This document shows positions 51,569-63,513 of a DNA stretch of 64,000 nt, piece after piece. A program made the position numbers and the translations under genes. Source of the DNA: Marsupella aquatica (taxonomy: Eukaryota > Plantae > Marchantiophyta); assembly GCA_973895155.1 (NCBI GenBank), contig OZ316892.1, forward strand, positions 5,168,510 to 5,232,509. The letters are read 5' to 3'. Within the stretch, counting starts at the first letter, position 1. Each line of letters starts with the position of its first letter. Under the pieces are notes generated by a model. The model did not search any database and had not been told where the DNA came from. It saw only the letters and a list, made by a program, of their open reading frames with translations.

Positions 51569-52019
51569 GCTTAGGTCAGTTGGCCAGGGGATTAACCTAG
51601 AACCAAGAAGTCCCAAGTTCAATTCCCTTTCCACCACAGGGTGTGGAAGATATGTAGGGTGTGGAGGGTATGTGTGTGTGGGTAGGTGGGGTGTCCGTAG
51701 TGGTGAAAGTACTGAGTTTCCCCTCAGCCCCTGGCTAGTCAGCTAGGGTTACTTTAACCCTCCCTCCCCCAATCCAGGTCTGGGTCCTTGTGGGATCCTG
51801 GGTATGGCCCCCTTTTGGTTACGTGACAGAGGCCCATACTCTAGAGTAAATTGGACCATGGTTTAACCCTCTTCCCCTCCTGGTCTGGGCCCTGTCTGAT
51901 CCCTGGGTATGACCCCCATTGTGGCTACCCTAGAGAGGTGCATGCTCTATCTTTGGGGGCTCCCGAATAATGGTCTATCCTCTCTTGGATGACACTCCTT
52001 TCAGTTTCAAGGAAAAAAA
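51569..52019 (+). mobile_element. tRNA-derived SINE-like element with an internal ~110-bp duplication and an A-rich end
   Basis: A-box-like TAGGTCAGTTGG (51572-51583) and B-box-like GTTCAATTCCC (51617-51627) at tRNA-like spacing. TTTAACCCTC..CCC..GGTCTGGG.CC.TG..GATCC.TGGGTATG.CCCC is duplicated (~51753 and ~51862). Ends in GGAAAAAAA. Confidence 0.55.
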
Positions 52020-55000
52020 TGATTATTACTCTGAAGTCCGGGTCTATAGCTGGGTGAGCATGATTATCTTCTATCTAAGGTTTGGGTCTATAGATGGGTG
52101 AGCTATGATGATCTCTTTATCGGTTTCAAAGCAAACATTTTCATTAATCTAAAGCCGGGTATGAAGCGATCATCTACACATAGATCTCATTGTTAGTAGG
52201 GCAGTTAAACTGCCTCACATTTGGTCACATTCAGATTGCTTGCCTCATAACGGACTAGGCTTTTGTCTCCAACTTTTACAGTTTTGTTTGGACCATGTAC
52301 GTGACAAATAAACCGGAGCACAAGTTGTAAGTAATCATGCACAGTCGAGTTCAGCTGCTTTGCATGGCATTGGATCCCAGCCACTTCACAAATCATCAAC
52401 AACTCCCTGGTCGGCCTTTTGGAGGATGGAATCCTGAGATATCAATCGGTTAGGATCCTCCGACGAAATCAAAATAAACCTGGAGCTAGTGAAGATGATT
52501 GTCTTCGCATGGATTGATTCTATTGGGCCTTCTGAAAATTTAAACTATTCCCTGGAGCCCTACCTTCAACAGTAATTCTAGGTTTGCCGGTAAACAGTAC
52601 ATGTGATGGTGCACAATCAGACAAGGCGCTGACGATTGTCGTCCTCTCCACCTTCCAATTCAAGTCCAATGCCAGTGACCCTTTCCCTCAGGAAATGGTA
52701 CAAGTTTGTTCGTAAAAATCAAGTTATCACCGATCAAGGGCAAAATTGTACAGATCCGGTGGTGAGTGGCTCGATCAGTAAATGCCACGAATTTCCGAAT
52801 TTGTCCCTTCTAAAAACTAGTGTTTGTCGGCTTTATGAAACGAAGCAAGCCGCGGATACATCATGGACGTGCTACATGATGTGCCTCTGGCTCCTTTATT
52901 AGTCGTACTACCGAAAGATATCTGTGACCATATGAGAATTCCTCGTTTCTAGCCCAAGAGTGACAGTGGATGGAGAGCTTCTGCACCAGACTGGGGCTAA
53001 AGACTAAATGAAGTCCCTCGATCGGAAAATAGCCGAAAAAAACAGATACAGGAGGCTTGAAGGTATTTGACACGAAAGATTTCATCAGAGAAATTTCCCA
53101 GTCAAAGTTTCTTTAAATATCGGGTTTCGTAAGCAATTGTAGAGTGACACGCATTTCTTTATCACTAGAAACAAGCTCAGATATTTGCGAACAGGTGCAC
53201 TCTCTTGTCAACATTTCTTAATGCCACTGCATTATAATAGTAAGAGGGTAAATGTAATTTTTGCTCAAGAGCGAAGTCTGGGCCGCACAAGAGTGACACA
53301 ATTAATGGCAATCCATTCATCTAGAACGAGTTAAGATTCCTCTCATTCAACTTTGATGTAGGATTTTGACAGTGTTGTTTTGGGGGAATTGCGCCATTTT
53401 TTATGCATGACTAGATAAACTCTTAATAGCTGGCAGGGTGAAGAGTGCTGCCTTAGAATTGATGATTCCTACTGAACCTGGTTCATAGGTTCATGTGGTC
53501 CTCAGTTGATTTAACCAAGACTTAAACAGTCGGACCGATTATCATGTCCCAAGATAATATTTACCGTAGCTATGGAAGAGTGACTCATATCCTAAGCTCA
53601 ACGAAATCTGGCCATGAAGATATATGGCAAATGAATTTTATAGACAGAAACTGCTGATTGGTTTAGAAAGTAGATATTCAAAGTACCTGCATAACGGTAA
53701 AAGATAGGTATTTTGCAATCTGAAATAATGGATTGAAATTCTCTACTTTTCTCCTCGTTGTTCTCAAATCTGCACACCCCTGTCGAGTTTTAACGAAAGT
53801 AGTTTATTACCTCTAGAGGGCAGAGCCTGAGAGGATTTACAAAGGACAAAATGCACCCACAAGTCATAGCAACTTCTTGGTGTGGATATTATTTGTGACT
53901 TAATATAATTTGCTTGAAAATTCTTCCTGCAAGCTCAAAAATAGTTTGATGTACAAAAGGTAAAATTTGTGAACCCATGCTCTCTCGAGTGCTCTGAGGA
54001 CGAGTCTGAGGAAACATTAGTGGAAGTGTTTCGTGATGTGCTTGATTTTCTTTTTTAATATTTTTTTCAACCTTGAAAGATATCATTAAATTCCATTCAA
54101 ATGTGCATGACTTGGAGCACTCACAAGCAAGCAATGCATCGTCCTGTCAATCTTTTCGTATGACTACAGCAGAACAATCACGAGGGACGCGAGTTATTAG
54201 TCACGAATTATATCAGATTGATAGTAAGACATTACAACGTAGCAAACTGCAAACCTCTTCTAACAAAGCTATGGCAATGAACCGCGGCATCACTTAATGA
54301 CTATGGACCGCTAATATGATTGTGCATGTGCCTGAACCAAACGAACAGCGACGCAGAACCAGGCAGATCCGTCATGATCCCAAATTACTTCATGAGAGGA
54401 CGGAATAACGGCCAGCCACAATATTGTACCACATTGTAGATCATCTGGAACGCATCTCTATCACCCGTCTAAATCATGTACGTATAGATAACCCTTGGGC
54501 CAAGGTCCCACAGTGAAACTGATCAAAACTTTCCTCTGAAAAATTACCTTGGCCATGCTCTAATTAGATCAGCTAAGGAACTATATATTACTGTCAATCA
54601 ATTTAACCGATGAGAACATCTTTCAGAAACATTCTTCTCAAGATAATGTTAAGAGATCATGTCCAATTAAATGAGGTGCCCTAGCTGATTCTGCCATCTC
54701 CATAACCATATATGAACATCCAGTTTTTCGACTACAGCACGTTTAAGTACCACGGATTTGTTGCACACTTCGAGCATACCACAAGATAAACAATCCCTCG
54801 TTTCGCATGCTCACCGAACACCCGTGCTATTTGACTTTGAGCTCTACTTCCCTGGAGGTGTAAGCTTCGGCAGCCGGTCTTCACAACAACAGCAAAAACT
54901 CAAGCTCACAACTAGCTATGGATAACCAAATTAAGACATATTTGCTGTCCGATGTGTCTAAGATGGATGCTTCACACGGTATTAATACCGGATCAGACCA

Positions 55001-56173
55001 GTCAAGAGTTCGTGCCTAGCTTTCGAGGGCAAATTAATGCAGCATGTAAAAACATTCTAGATTGAAACACTAATCCAGGAATTGTCCTGGGAAACTGTTT
55101 GCAAAGGTAGAAAAATAATTGATTGACATCTTGTTTATGTTGGTGGTGATATATAATACGTGCGCTTGCGGTCAATTCCCTCTAGAGCCAAAGTCTTGAC
55201 TACTAAACTGGAGATAATATATCTGGACTACTCTACCTCCCGTGCACATGAAGAAATAGTTCGAGATCTATCAGAAATGTACTGTAGCTAGATATACACA
55301 TCATATCTAAAACAGGGGGTGCAACCAACATGATTGCACTCATTGCCTGATTTCCTCGGATCGATCGATCTTCCTGAAGCGCGCTGAAAACACTTGACAA
55401 TCTGGACACAAATACAAGTGACCGCCTGAACAGTGCTCCGGCGCACCAATCCTCCTCATCCGTCCCTAAGATGGGGCATCGTTCCAAGAATAAAAACAGC
55501 GACTGTTTCAATAATGCTCGCGGTGGCTAGCACGTATATAGCTGGCCTACGATCTATGTTTGTACATAGACTCGGCGAACAAAGAATCCACATCCTTGCA
55601 AAATATTGCTCCAGGTCGATCCTTGGACCGGCCTCCCTCCCCACTATTGTGCATGATCTTCTATAATCACTGAACAGCATGTAACTCGCAGTATTCCCCC
55701 TTTTGCATGTCAAGCTTTCGCTGGCGAGATAGTTGAATCTTTCCCCGGGGCCGATGGACGCTGCCACGGTTTATGCGGGGAAATCTTTGAACAGTACGTA
55801 AGCGTTACGAAATGTACTTTGTCGTACAACAGCTGGGCAGCCGCCAATTCAACCTGCAACAGGGATACATCTCTGTCATAGATTTCGTGCAAATTTGGCT
55901 TCCTAACTGTACTTACTCTTTGTCAAAGTGTGGGACCAAAATTGGTTATCGCAGACGAAACCACCATTACGAACGGTGACTGTTAGCCTCCACGACTGGA
56001 CCATTCTATAACTTGACCACCGACTTGACCACAAATTGTACCGAGAGAAGTCAGATTTAATGATCAATTAACGAGGGTGCCTGGAGAAGCACGGTCGATC
56101 CGTAGAGGCATTTGGCACGGAATGACGTAGTCACGGAATTAAATGCGCCACATCGATCGAAAACAATGTCGGT

Positions 56174-56690
56174 GATTTCAGAATTCAGACACATACTGAT
56201 TTTTTCTTGCCCAATTATAATTAAGTTTTCGGAGGAAATATTCTCCTCAGAAAGCGGGTCAGCCGTTCGGAAAAGGAAGTTAGACGCTTTGAAAAACTGT
56301 GGACCAGTTGTACAAAACTGCTAAACAAGCTAGCTGAGCTGGTGCACGGTACTGGTCCATCGTGGGCGCACTGTAGTTACCTCAGACTACTTTGTTTTGG
56401 CGCACTTGGACCGACGCTGGCATAAAATCATGTAGTGATGGAACCGTGCCATGGAGTCGATTAAAAGAGGAGGGCCGCGATTTCAAAATTCAGACACATT
56501 TTGATGCCCTGAAAGCTATCCGGGAAAGCTATCTGACTGAGAGAGTTGAAAATAAAATTCTCCTCAGAAAGCGGGTCAGCCCTTCGGAAAAGGAAATTAA
56601 AGGTTTTGAGAATTAAACTGTGGATCAGTTGCTCACAAAACAAGCGAGCTGAGCTGGTGCAGGGTACTGGGATGGTCCATCGTGGAGCTG
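56174..56690. repeat. Two-copy direct duplication, period about 300 bp, 1-1.5 kb upstream of the third expansin
   Basis: ATTCTCCTCAGAAAGCGGGTCAGCC.TTCGGAAAAGGAA and AAACAAGC.AGCTGAGCTGGTGCA.GGTACTGG are present in both 56174-56370 and 56480-56690. Confidence 0.9.
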
Positions 56691-57384
56691 TCAACCTGTG
56701 AGCTGAAATCAACAGACTGTTCATGATGGGACCGAGCACAGGCAACTTGTACGTGAATTCTCAGCTAAGAAAGTAGCAGATTCGACCACGATGCCCATGT
56801 ACTAAAAGTGCAGCTCGGAGCGGGCTTGACATCTATCATTTGCCTGTTGTGAAACAAAAGCAACGGGTATCCTCTCTTGGGCTCAGAAAGAAAGTTGTCA
56901 CCGATGCGGACCAAAACTTACGACTTCTAGCCTGTCATCTTGCATTTGCAAGCATTTGGGGCCTTAATATCAGTGGTAAGTTTAAACCGAGGAGAGTAAC
57001 TTACAGTCGATTGATCGATCTACTTTGATTGAATATATGTTTACAGTAGCTAAGTATTGCTTGGAAGTTAATTCCACCATACGTAGATTGAAGATATTCT
57101 GACAGAGTCCCCTGCTCGGAGTCGTCTTGGATCGAGCTCCTGTGGATCAGGTCCAATCAAAGATGGATATTATTGTTCTCTGGTGAATAATATGTTATTC
57201 AATTCAATGAATCGAGTACCACGTACTTTGTCGATAGGAATTCAAATGTCTGTTCATGGTTGGAACTTACATTTCAAATCGCCACTCTAGCCAGCTAGTG
57301 TTACCGAACGTTTCTGGTTTGAGATGAGGAATTTGTTTTTTGTTTGCCATCTGGTACGTTGTGAAGATTAGTGTACAACTAGAT

Positions 57385-57391
57385 TATAAAT
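57385..57391 (+). promoter_or_regulatory. Putative TATA box of the third expansin
   Basis: TATAAAT about 280 bp upstream of the ATG, followed by a strong donor (GTAAGC at 57482) and an acceptor (TGCAG at 57656). Confidence 0.5.
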
Positions 57392-57666
57392 GCTGCCCGA
57401 AATGCTGCAGCTGCGTTAGTCAGCAAAGACGTCCTTCCAGGAATGTAACGATATGACATTACTTACTTTCCCAGTGTTAAAGTAAGCACATGCAAATTGG
57501 GCATTCAACACACTTGTACTAGGAAGTTCATGCGTAAATGATCAGATTGACTAGATCGTCATGAACCGCTCATAGCATTTTAAGAGTAGATGCAATTTGA
57601 CGGCTGAGTGATTTCATTATCGAATTAATCGTTGTTGTTGTTGTTGTCGTGTGCAGTCACACACCC

Positions 57667-59463
57667 ATGGCATCTGTACGTCCAAGTCTAGGACAAATGG
57701 TGCAGTTGCGGACAGGAGCAGCGTTGCTGTTGATCTGCATATACAGATTCGTCCTGGCTGTGGGGGCCACACCTTACGATTCTACCGCCTGGACTGATGC
57801 ACATGCGACATTTTATGGCGGAGACGATGCTTCAGGCACCATGGGTGAGTAAGCCAGATGCTCAAGGGCTAAATTCAGTCGTTGGTATCATAACGGCAAT
57901 GGTAAAGTTCATCATTGTACGTGCCCTCTCGAATTGACTTTATGCATCCATGGGCAGTCACACTTCTCCCACAAAGTACGACGTAGAGATTGAGAGTACG
58001 TGAGTTTTAGCTAGTGTCCGACGAGATGTAGCGGTGAATGGATCGGACACTAACATGATCTGAGTCCTAAGTACTGTCACTTCATTTTGCTGCCCATCGA
58101 TCCCCTGTGCCATGTATAGTAGCTCTTCACTCTTCGTGCATGTACATTGTTGGCCTCAGACATGGAGTATCTCGATCCCGGGTCATAGAGAAATCTAGAT
58201 ATCACTATCTAGGATCTTTACGATTGCAGCTTATCAACCTGGCCTCCATTGTGAAATGTTTATAATGTCCGTGTACAGGTGGTGCATGCGGCTTTGGAGA
58301 CATGTACTCCCATGGCTATGGTACTGCCACTGCAGCTCTGAGTCCTGCTCTTTTCAACAAAGGATTGTCGTGCGGTGCCTGCTACGAAATCAAGTGCAAA
58401 GTCTCTGGTGGAGGATACAGCAAGAAGTGGTGTCACCCAAATGCTGGATCCATCATCATTACAGGAACCAACCTGTGTCCTGCTAACTATGCTAGAACAA
58501 CTGACGGCTGGTGCAACCCTCCACGCAGCCATTTTGACTTGGCTTATCCCTCCTTCGCCAAACTGGCTCAGAAAGTGGCAGGCATCATTCCCATTGAATA
58601 CCGCAGGTAACGTGTCCTAACTTGAGATGCAGGGACTCCTAACTATACAGGTTCAGCCATTCTATAAACATGGATCAAGTCAGGCGAGCTTCAAGACCTA
58701 ATTAACGTTTCCAATGAACCAAACTGTCTTTTTAGTAGTCACCAAGATTTAGCCATGTCTTCCATGACTGTCTTCGTATACTGCAAGTTTTGCTTAGTCA
58801 GAGCAGATTTTATAGATAGATAGTGCACGTCATTTTCACTAATTCCATAAGTAAACAACGTAGCAAACCGACCAACATTGGAATTCTGAATTTTGTCGGC
58901 GACAGAGGAAACGGGTCTATTCCTAGGTCTTAGCTCTCTGAATCACTGTAGTAAATTGTCACGTACATTTAGAGTCCAGGCCGCACATGCTTTGACATCA
59001 GGGACCTTCCAAAAGTTACCAGCCAAAAGGTCTATCTAGAATGGGATTCCAAGACTTTGGTTTGTTAACAGGTAGATTGAGCAACCAACCTGATGACTAT
59101 TCATTAACTTTAGACCTGCCTGCGTACAGGGTGGGATGTAAAAGGCAAGGAGGAATGAGATTCGAGATTGACGGGAACCCTTATTTTAACCTAGTTCTTG
59201 TGTACAACGTTGGCGGAGCTGGTGCCATTAGTGGACTGGCATTGAAAGGAGGCAGTAGTTCTGGTTGGTACACCATGAGTCGCAATTGGGGCCAAAAGTG
59301 GCAAGATCACCATAAGCTCATTGGTCAGAGCCTCTGCTTCAGGGTGACGGTTGAGGGTGGCTTAAGCATGTACGTATATAGTCTCACAGGCACTAACTGG
59401 GCACATGGATCCACGTTTTACAGCAGCGAGCAATTCGACGCAGATGATCTCCCGCGCCACTAA
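57667..59463 (+). CDS. EXPA: Alpha-expansin, 279 aa, 3 coding exons (57667-57844, 58279-58606, 59130-59463)
   Basis: [19 protein letters not shown]|[52 protein letters not shown]|[19 protein letters not shown] and MSRNWGQKW. Both introns are GT-AG at the two usual EXPA positions. Spliced length is 840 nt, in frame. Confidence 0.97.
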
Positions 59464-61199
59464 TATTGATCTCTGATCCCCATCTCTTTGAAAAGCTGGG
59501 CCGCGATCATTCATGGGAGACGTCCACACTCCTCAATCATGTTAACCTCAGCTCATTCTGGGGTTATATAATTACACAAATATTGATCAATCTAGTAGCC
59601 CCAACTCTGTCATATATTCAAGGTAACGACGCCCAGGAGTTCGAGAGAGATGATTAATTACACATGTGGGTCCTCTTCTCAAAAGCAAGCCAGGGCTAGG
59701 CACTACACATATCCGCCGTGGGTGGTCTGCTCATTGAAACTCCCCAAATAATGCTATATATGATCCATTGATATTGATCTAGACTTAGTTTTTGGGAATA
59801 GTTTAATGGTCTGCTTGGGAGGCTCAGAGACTAGTCAGAATGGATATATGCTTTACCTACATTACTATGTTGCAGACAGCTTTTCCCTTGACCTCGAGCC
59901 ACAATGGCTGGTAGTTTAGTAGCCCTTGCTCGATTCGATGGTCTCCATGTTTCATCAACTGCCGGGAAGTCCACACCAATTAAGGGCACATGTCAAAAAC
60001 TTGCAGATCTGAAAAGATATTGACCTGGCTGGCACGATGTGGGCAAGAGAAGTTGATTGCGTCCCAATAGGGCTGGGGTATAGATGCTTTAGGAGTTTGG
60101 AAGTCAGAATCTATGAATGATGACAACCTCTCATGAATGCCCTGGTGCAGACCGAGGAGACGGTATGATCAAGTGGTCATCTATTGTACTGTAGAATAGA
60201 GGCATTCAGATGAGCTTTTGACATGTATTAGTACGTTTACGTTTACCCGCTCGTTGGAGATAAAGCTTGCTCTCCTGAAACGGTTTTGCAGTAGACAGTA
60301 ATCTAGCGTAGTTAGATTGAGATATATAGCCTTCTAGAAGTGGATTTGACGACAAGTTCACTCGAGAGTGAACGTCGACCACAGTTACGCTGGAACCATC
60401 CCTGATGCAAAGATGGAGGCGCGTACCACTGCCTTGAGCAAATTAATAATTCTCGTTATCTTACAGAAGAGTCATCTTAATATGGAAGAATTTGCCATAG
60501 TGAGCTCTTTAATTTGCAGAGTGCATCTGTAGGATTCTTAGGAAGAAATTCATGTAGTCCGGCCAAGATGGATGCACAAACCAGGTGCTTGTCTGAGGTG
60601 CTCCATTGCATGAAGTGTCTTTAAGGGGGGGGGGGGGGGGGGGGGTTTAGGGTGACCGTTTGTTCTAATATTGATATTTTAATTTATAAATGGACTCACA
60701 TCCAAAGCTTCTATAATTGAATATTTCAGTGAAATTTGTTCACATACATGTTGGGCGCCAATAACAAACTAAGCTTGGGTCATAGAAGTACCGAATGACT
60801 TGTGTTCATCAAAAACTATAATACATTGTTGTGCCAAAAAATGCGGTGGCCGTCATTCAAATTTGGTTTTGGGTGGAAAGATGAAAACCTGAAAAAGTTG
60901 AAAGGTAGATTATATTTGGTGGTGTGCACTATTTTCCAAGCAAGAAGACAAAGCAGGACCAATCATGACCCTTCATCCAAATATTATTTTTGTGACAGGG
61001 TCAGATCTATCCATACACCTCATCTAAAAAAAGTGATCCTTACACTCCATCTAAAATAAGTGTCTGCCCAAGCTACCCTTGCCTGCCTAAGTAGATAAAA
61101 ATTAATTAATTAAAATAATTAAATTTATCTACATTTAAAACATTTAAATTTAAAATTTGGAAAAAAAACCTTTGAAATTTTTGTAAAACTTTTTAATTC

Positions 61200-61376
61200 A
61201 GTTGGCATCTGATGAGGAGCTTGCACAATCTAAATTTGTAAAACTTTTTTCCAAAGTTTTATCTATATAACTTAGAACCTTGATCTTTGTTCTCATCAAT
61301 TCACCACTAAGGTGAAGAGAATAACAATGCCTCATGTGTGTCCTAGATTGTGCAAGCTCCTCATCAGATGCCAACT
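61200..61376. repeat. Perfect 33-bp inverted repeat with a 111-nt spacer
   Basis: AGTTGGCATCTGATGAGGAGCTTGCACAATCTA (61200-61232) is the exact reverse complement of 61344-61376. Confidence 0.95.
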
Positions 61377-61446
61377 ACAAGTTGCACATTCACCCCTATT
61401 TGAATCAGCAAAAAAATCTTGAAGTTCACTTTATGCTTGGGGGCCT

Positions 61447-61779
61447 TGTTAAGGATTGCTCTTAGTCTTGTGACTCAAAGGTTACGGCACTTAGGCTAAC
61501 CACAGTTAGGGTCTTAGCTGAGGTTAGGTTAGTCGTGTTGTGACCTTGTATATACCAAGGCTAGTGTAAGTCGCTGGAGTGGTGTGCTTACTCATTGTAA
61601 CGGAGCAACTTGAGGAAGAGGGAGAGCATGTGTGTTCGTCTACTCTCGAAGTAAAGCTTGAGTGTTCGTGTGGACGTAGCCTTGGAGAAAAGGTGAACCA
61701 CGTAGAGATTGTGTCGACTACGTGTGCATGGAATGAATCATGGTTGTATGGTCGTTGCGAATGACGTCTTAGTTCAACA
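61447..61779 (+). repeat. 5' LTR, about 333 bp (TGTT...AACA)
   Basis: Ends TTCAACA two bases before the PBS. The TGTTAA start at 61447 is the best matching terminus and there is an internal TATATA near 61549. The left boundary cannot be confirmed without the 3' LTR. Confidence 0.7.
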
Positions 61780-61781
61780 AT

Positions 61782-61793
61782 TGGTATCAGAGC
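61782..61793 (+). promoter_or_regulatory. Primer-binding site (initiator tRNA-Met)
   Basis: TGGTATCAGAGC, the established complement of the plant tRNA-iMet 3' end. Confidence 0.95.
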
Positions 61794-63513
61794 AAGCCTG
61801 GGAGGTGACGTTGAGGTGATCAAAATTTTCGTGACGTGTTGGTGACGGTTTTTCCAGCGGTTACGGTCGGTGGATTTAACAGAGTTTTGTCGCATGGAAC
61901 TTGGAGGTGTTGGGCTCAACAGATAGATCGGGGCAAGGGCTTTTTGACGGTGCAAAGAAACCTCTGAATGGAGTTTGTGGTGCGGAGAAATTCATGTTTC
62001 CGTCGTTCTGGATTATTTTGTGATTTGTGTTCGACGGTTTTCTTTGACGGTTCTTTCGGGGGGAGACCTGAGATCGTTTACTCAACGGTGTGAGCTTTGT
62101 GGTGCACGAGGTGATGCATACTATAGCTCAAATCGTAGATCGGGCAAAGCTGATCGTTTTGGTAGTTGGTTTGCTGTCGAAGGTGTAGCGAGTGTGACGT
62201 TCCGAGCAAAAGAGCCGTTCTGAGTTACTGACCGGCTATGGAGACATAGCCTTGGCTGAAGTGGGTTTCTTGACATCACGCTCGGTTTGAGGGGGAGAAT
62301 CGCGAAGTGCTACGGCTCAAAGGAGAGATTGCGGCAAGGTGGTCATTTTGAGTCCGGGATTGGCACTTGACGCGGAGTGAAGGCAACATGACGGAAATCT
62401 TTTCCCTTTCGGGTGCTGCTGACGGCGACGGTGAAATCTGACAACTTTTTCCCGTCGGACATCTTCATTTTCTCATTGAAACGGCAAGGCAAGAGGTCAT
62501 TTGATTTTTGCTTTGTACTCAAAACATTTTTAATTTTCTGTGGCCTTTAAGGGCCTCCTTGTGTGTGTATACACACACAAGGTGTGTATAGCCCTTCCCG
62601 GCCCCGTGTACCCCATCGTTACATACCCCCGGCCGGACTTTACCTCGCAGTGGCCGCGGTCGCGAAGCGCCGACCGGCGCGCATACTTGCTGCTCCCCCT
62701 GCCCTCCCTATTTACTCTGGCTTGTCGACTGCCGAGTAGTCGCAGCCGTGACTCGGCTTTACCCTCCCAGCCGCCGGCAGCTGCTCCCGGCGACTGCCTC
62801 GCCCGATACATCCTGCTGCGTATGCAACTGCCCTCGGCCCTTGCGTATCCCCCCCACAACCCTGTATAACGCCTGGCCTTTTAAGACAGTATTTTTGTTT
62901 AGGGGCTTAGCACCCCCTTTAGGCCCGGTTTTTAAACCTTTTTTCAGGTTTCTTATTGTATGTGCCGCTTCCTGGCACCTGCCGCCCTCCAAATTAACCG
63001 CTCCGATAGGAGGAACGGCCCCCTGTGAGACCTGCCGCACAGTCCAAGGAATATTCTGAAAAAAATAGAGAGCTGTTTTTCGGCTTTTAGTCGAAGATTC
63101 CAAGGTCCGAACGGTAACTTTTTTCGCATCTTTTTTGGTGAGGACGTAGCCACTGAAGCTAGCAACGCGGTGCACCACTCGATTTGCATTTTCAACGACG
63201 GGTGGTACTTGGAATTTTTCTTATTCCCCACGGTGGTCAAAACGGGGGAGAATTTTTGAGTTTTACCCACCCCGATCGAAACGTGAAAAAGTTTTTCGTC
63301 GGAACTTGGTTTTGATTTTGGATTTCAGCATTGGCTTGCTAGGCTGGTGTGCTACGTGGCGGTGACAAGTTTCAAGTTTTTTGGAAAGTTGTAAAAAACA
63401 ACATTTTTTCATGATTTGGATTTGAGTCAACGGGACGAAAGGAAGGAAAAAGCGACAAAAAGATATAGGGAGCAATAAAGAAATAGCACGTGGAGAACGT
63501 CGGGAGGACAACA

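Noticed and set aside
61205-61370. CTGATGAG hammerhead-ribozyme core in the inverted repeat (also CTGACGAG near 41333)
   Set aside because: No stem II followed by GAAA and no closing helices on either strand.
60621-61400. G21 run followed by TAGGGTGACC, resembling a hAT terminal repeat
   Set aside because: No matching opposite TIR or TSD found.
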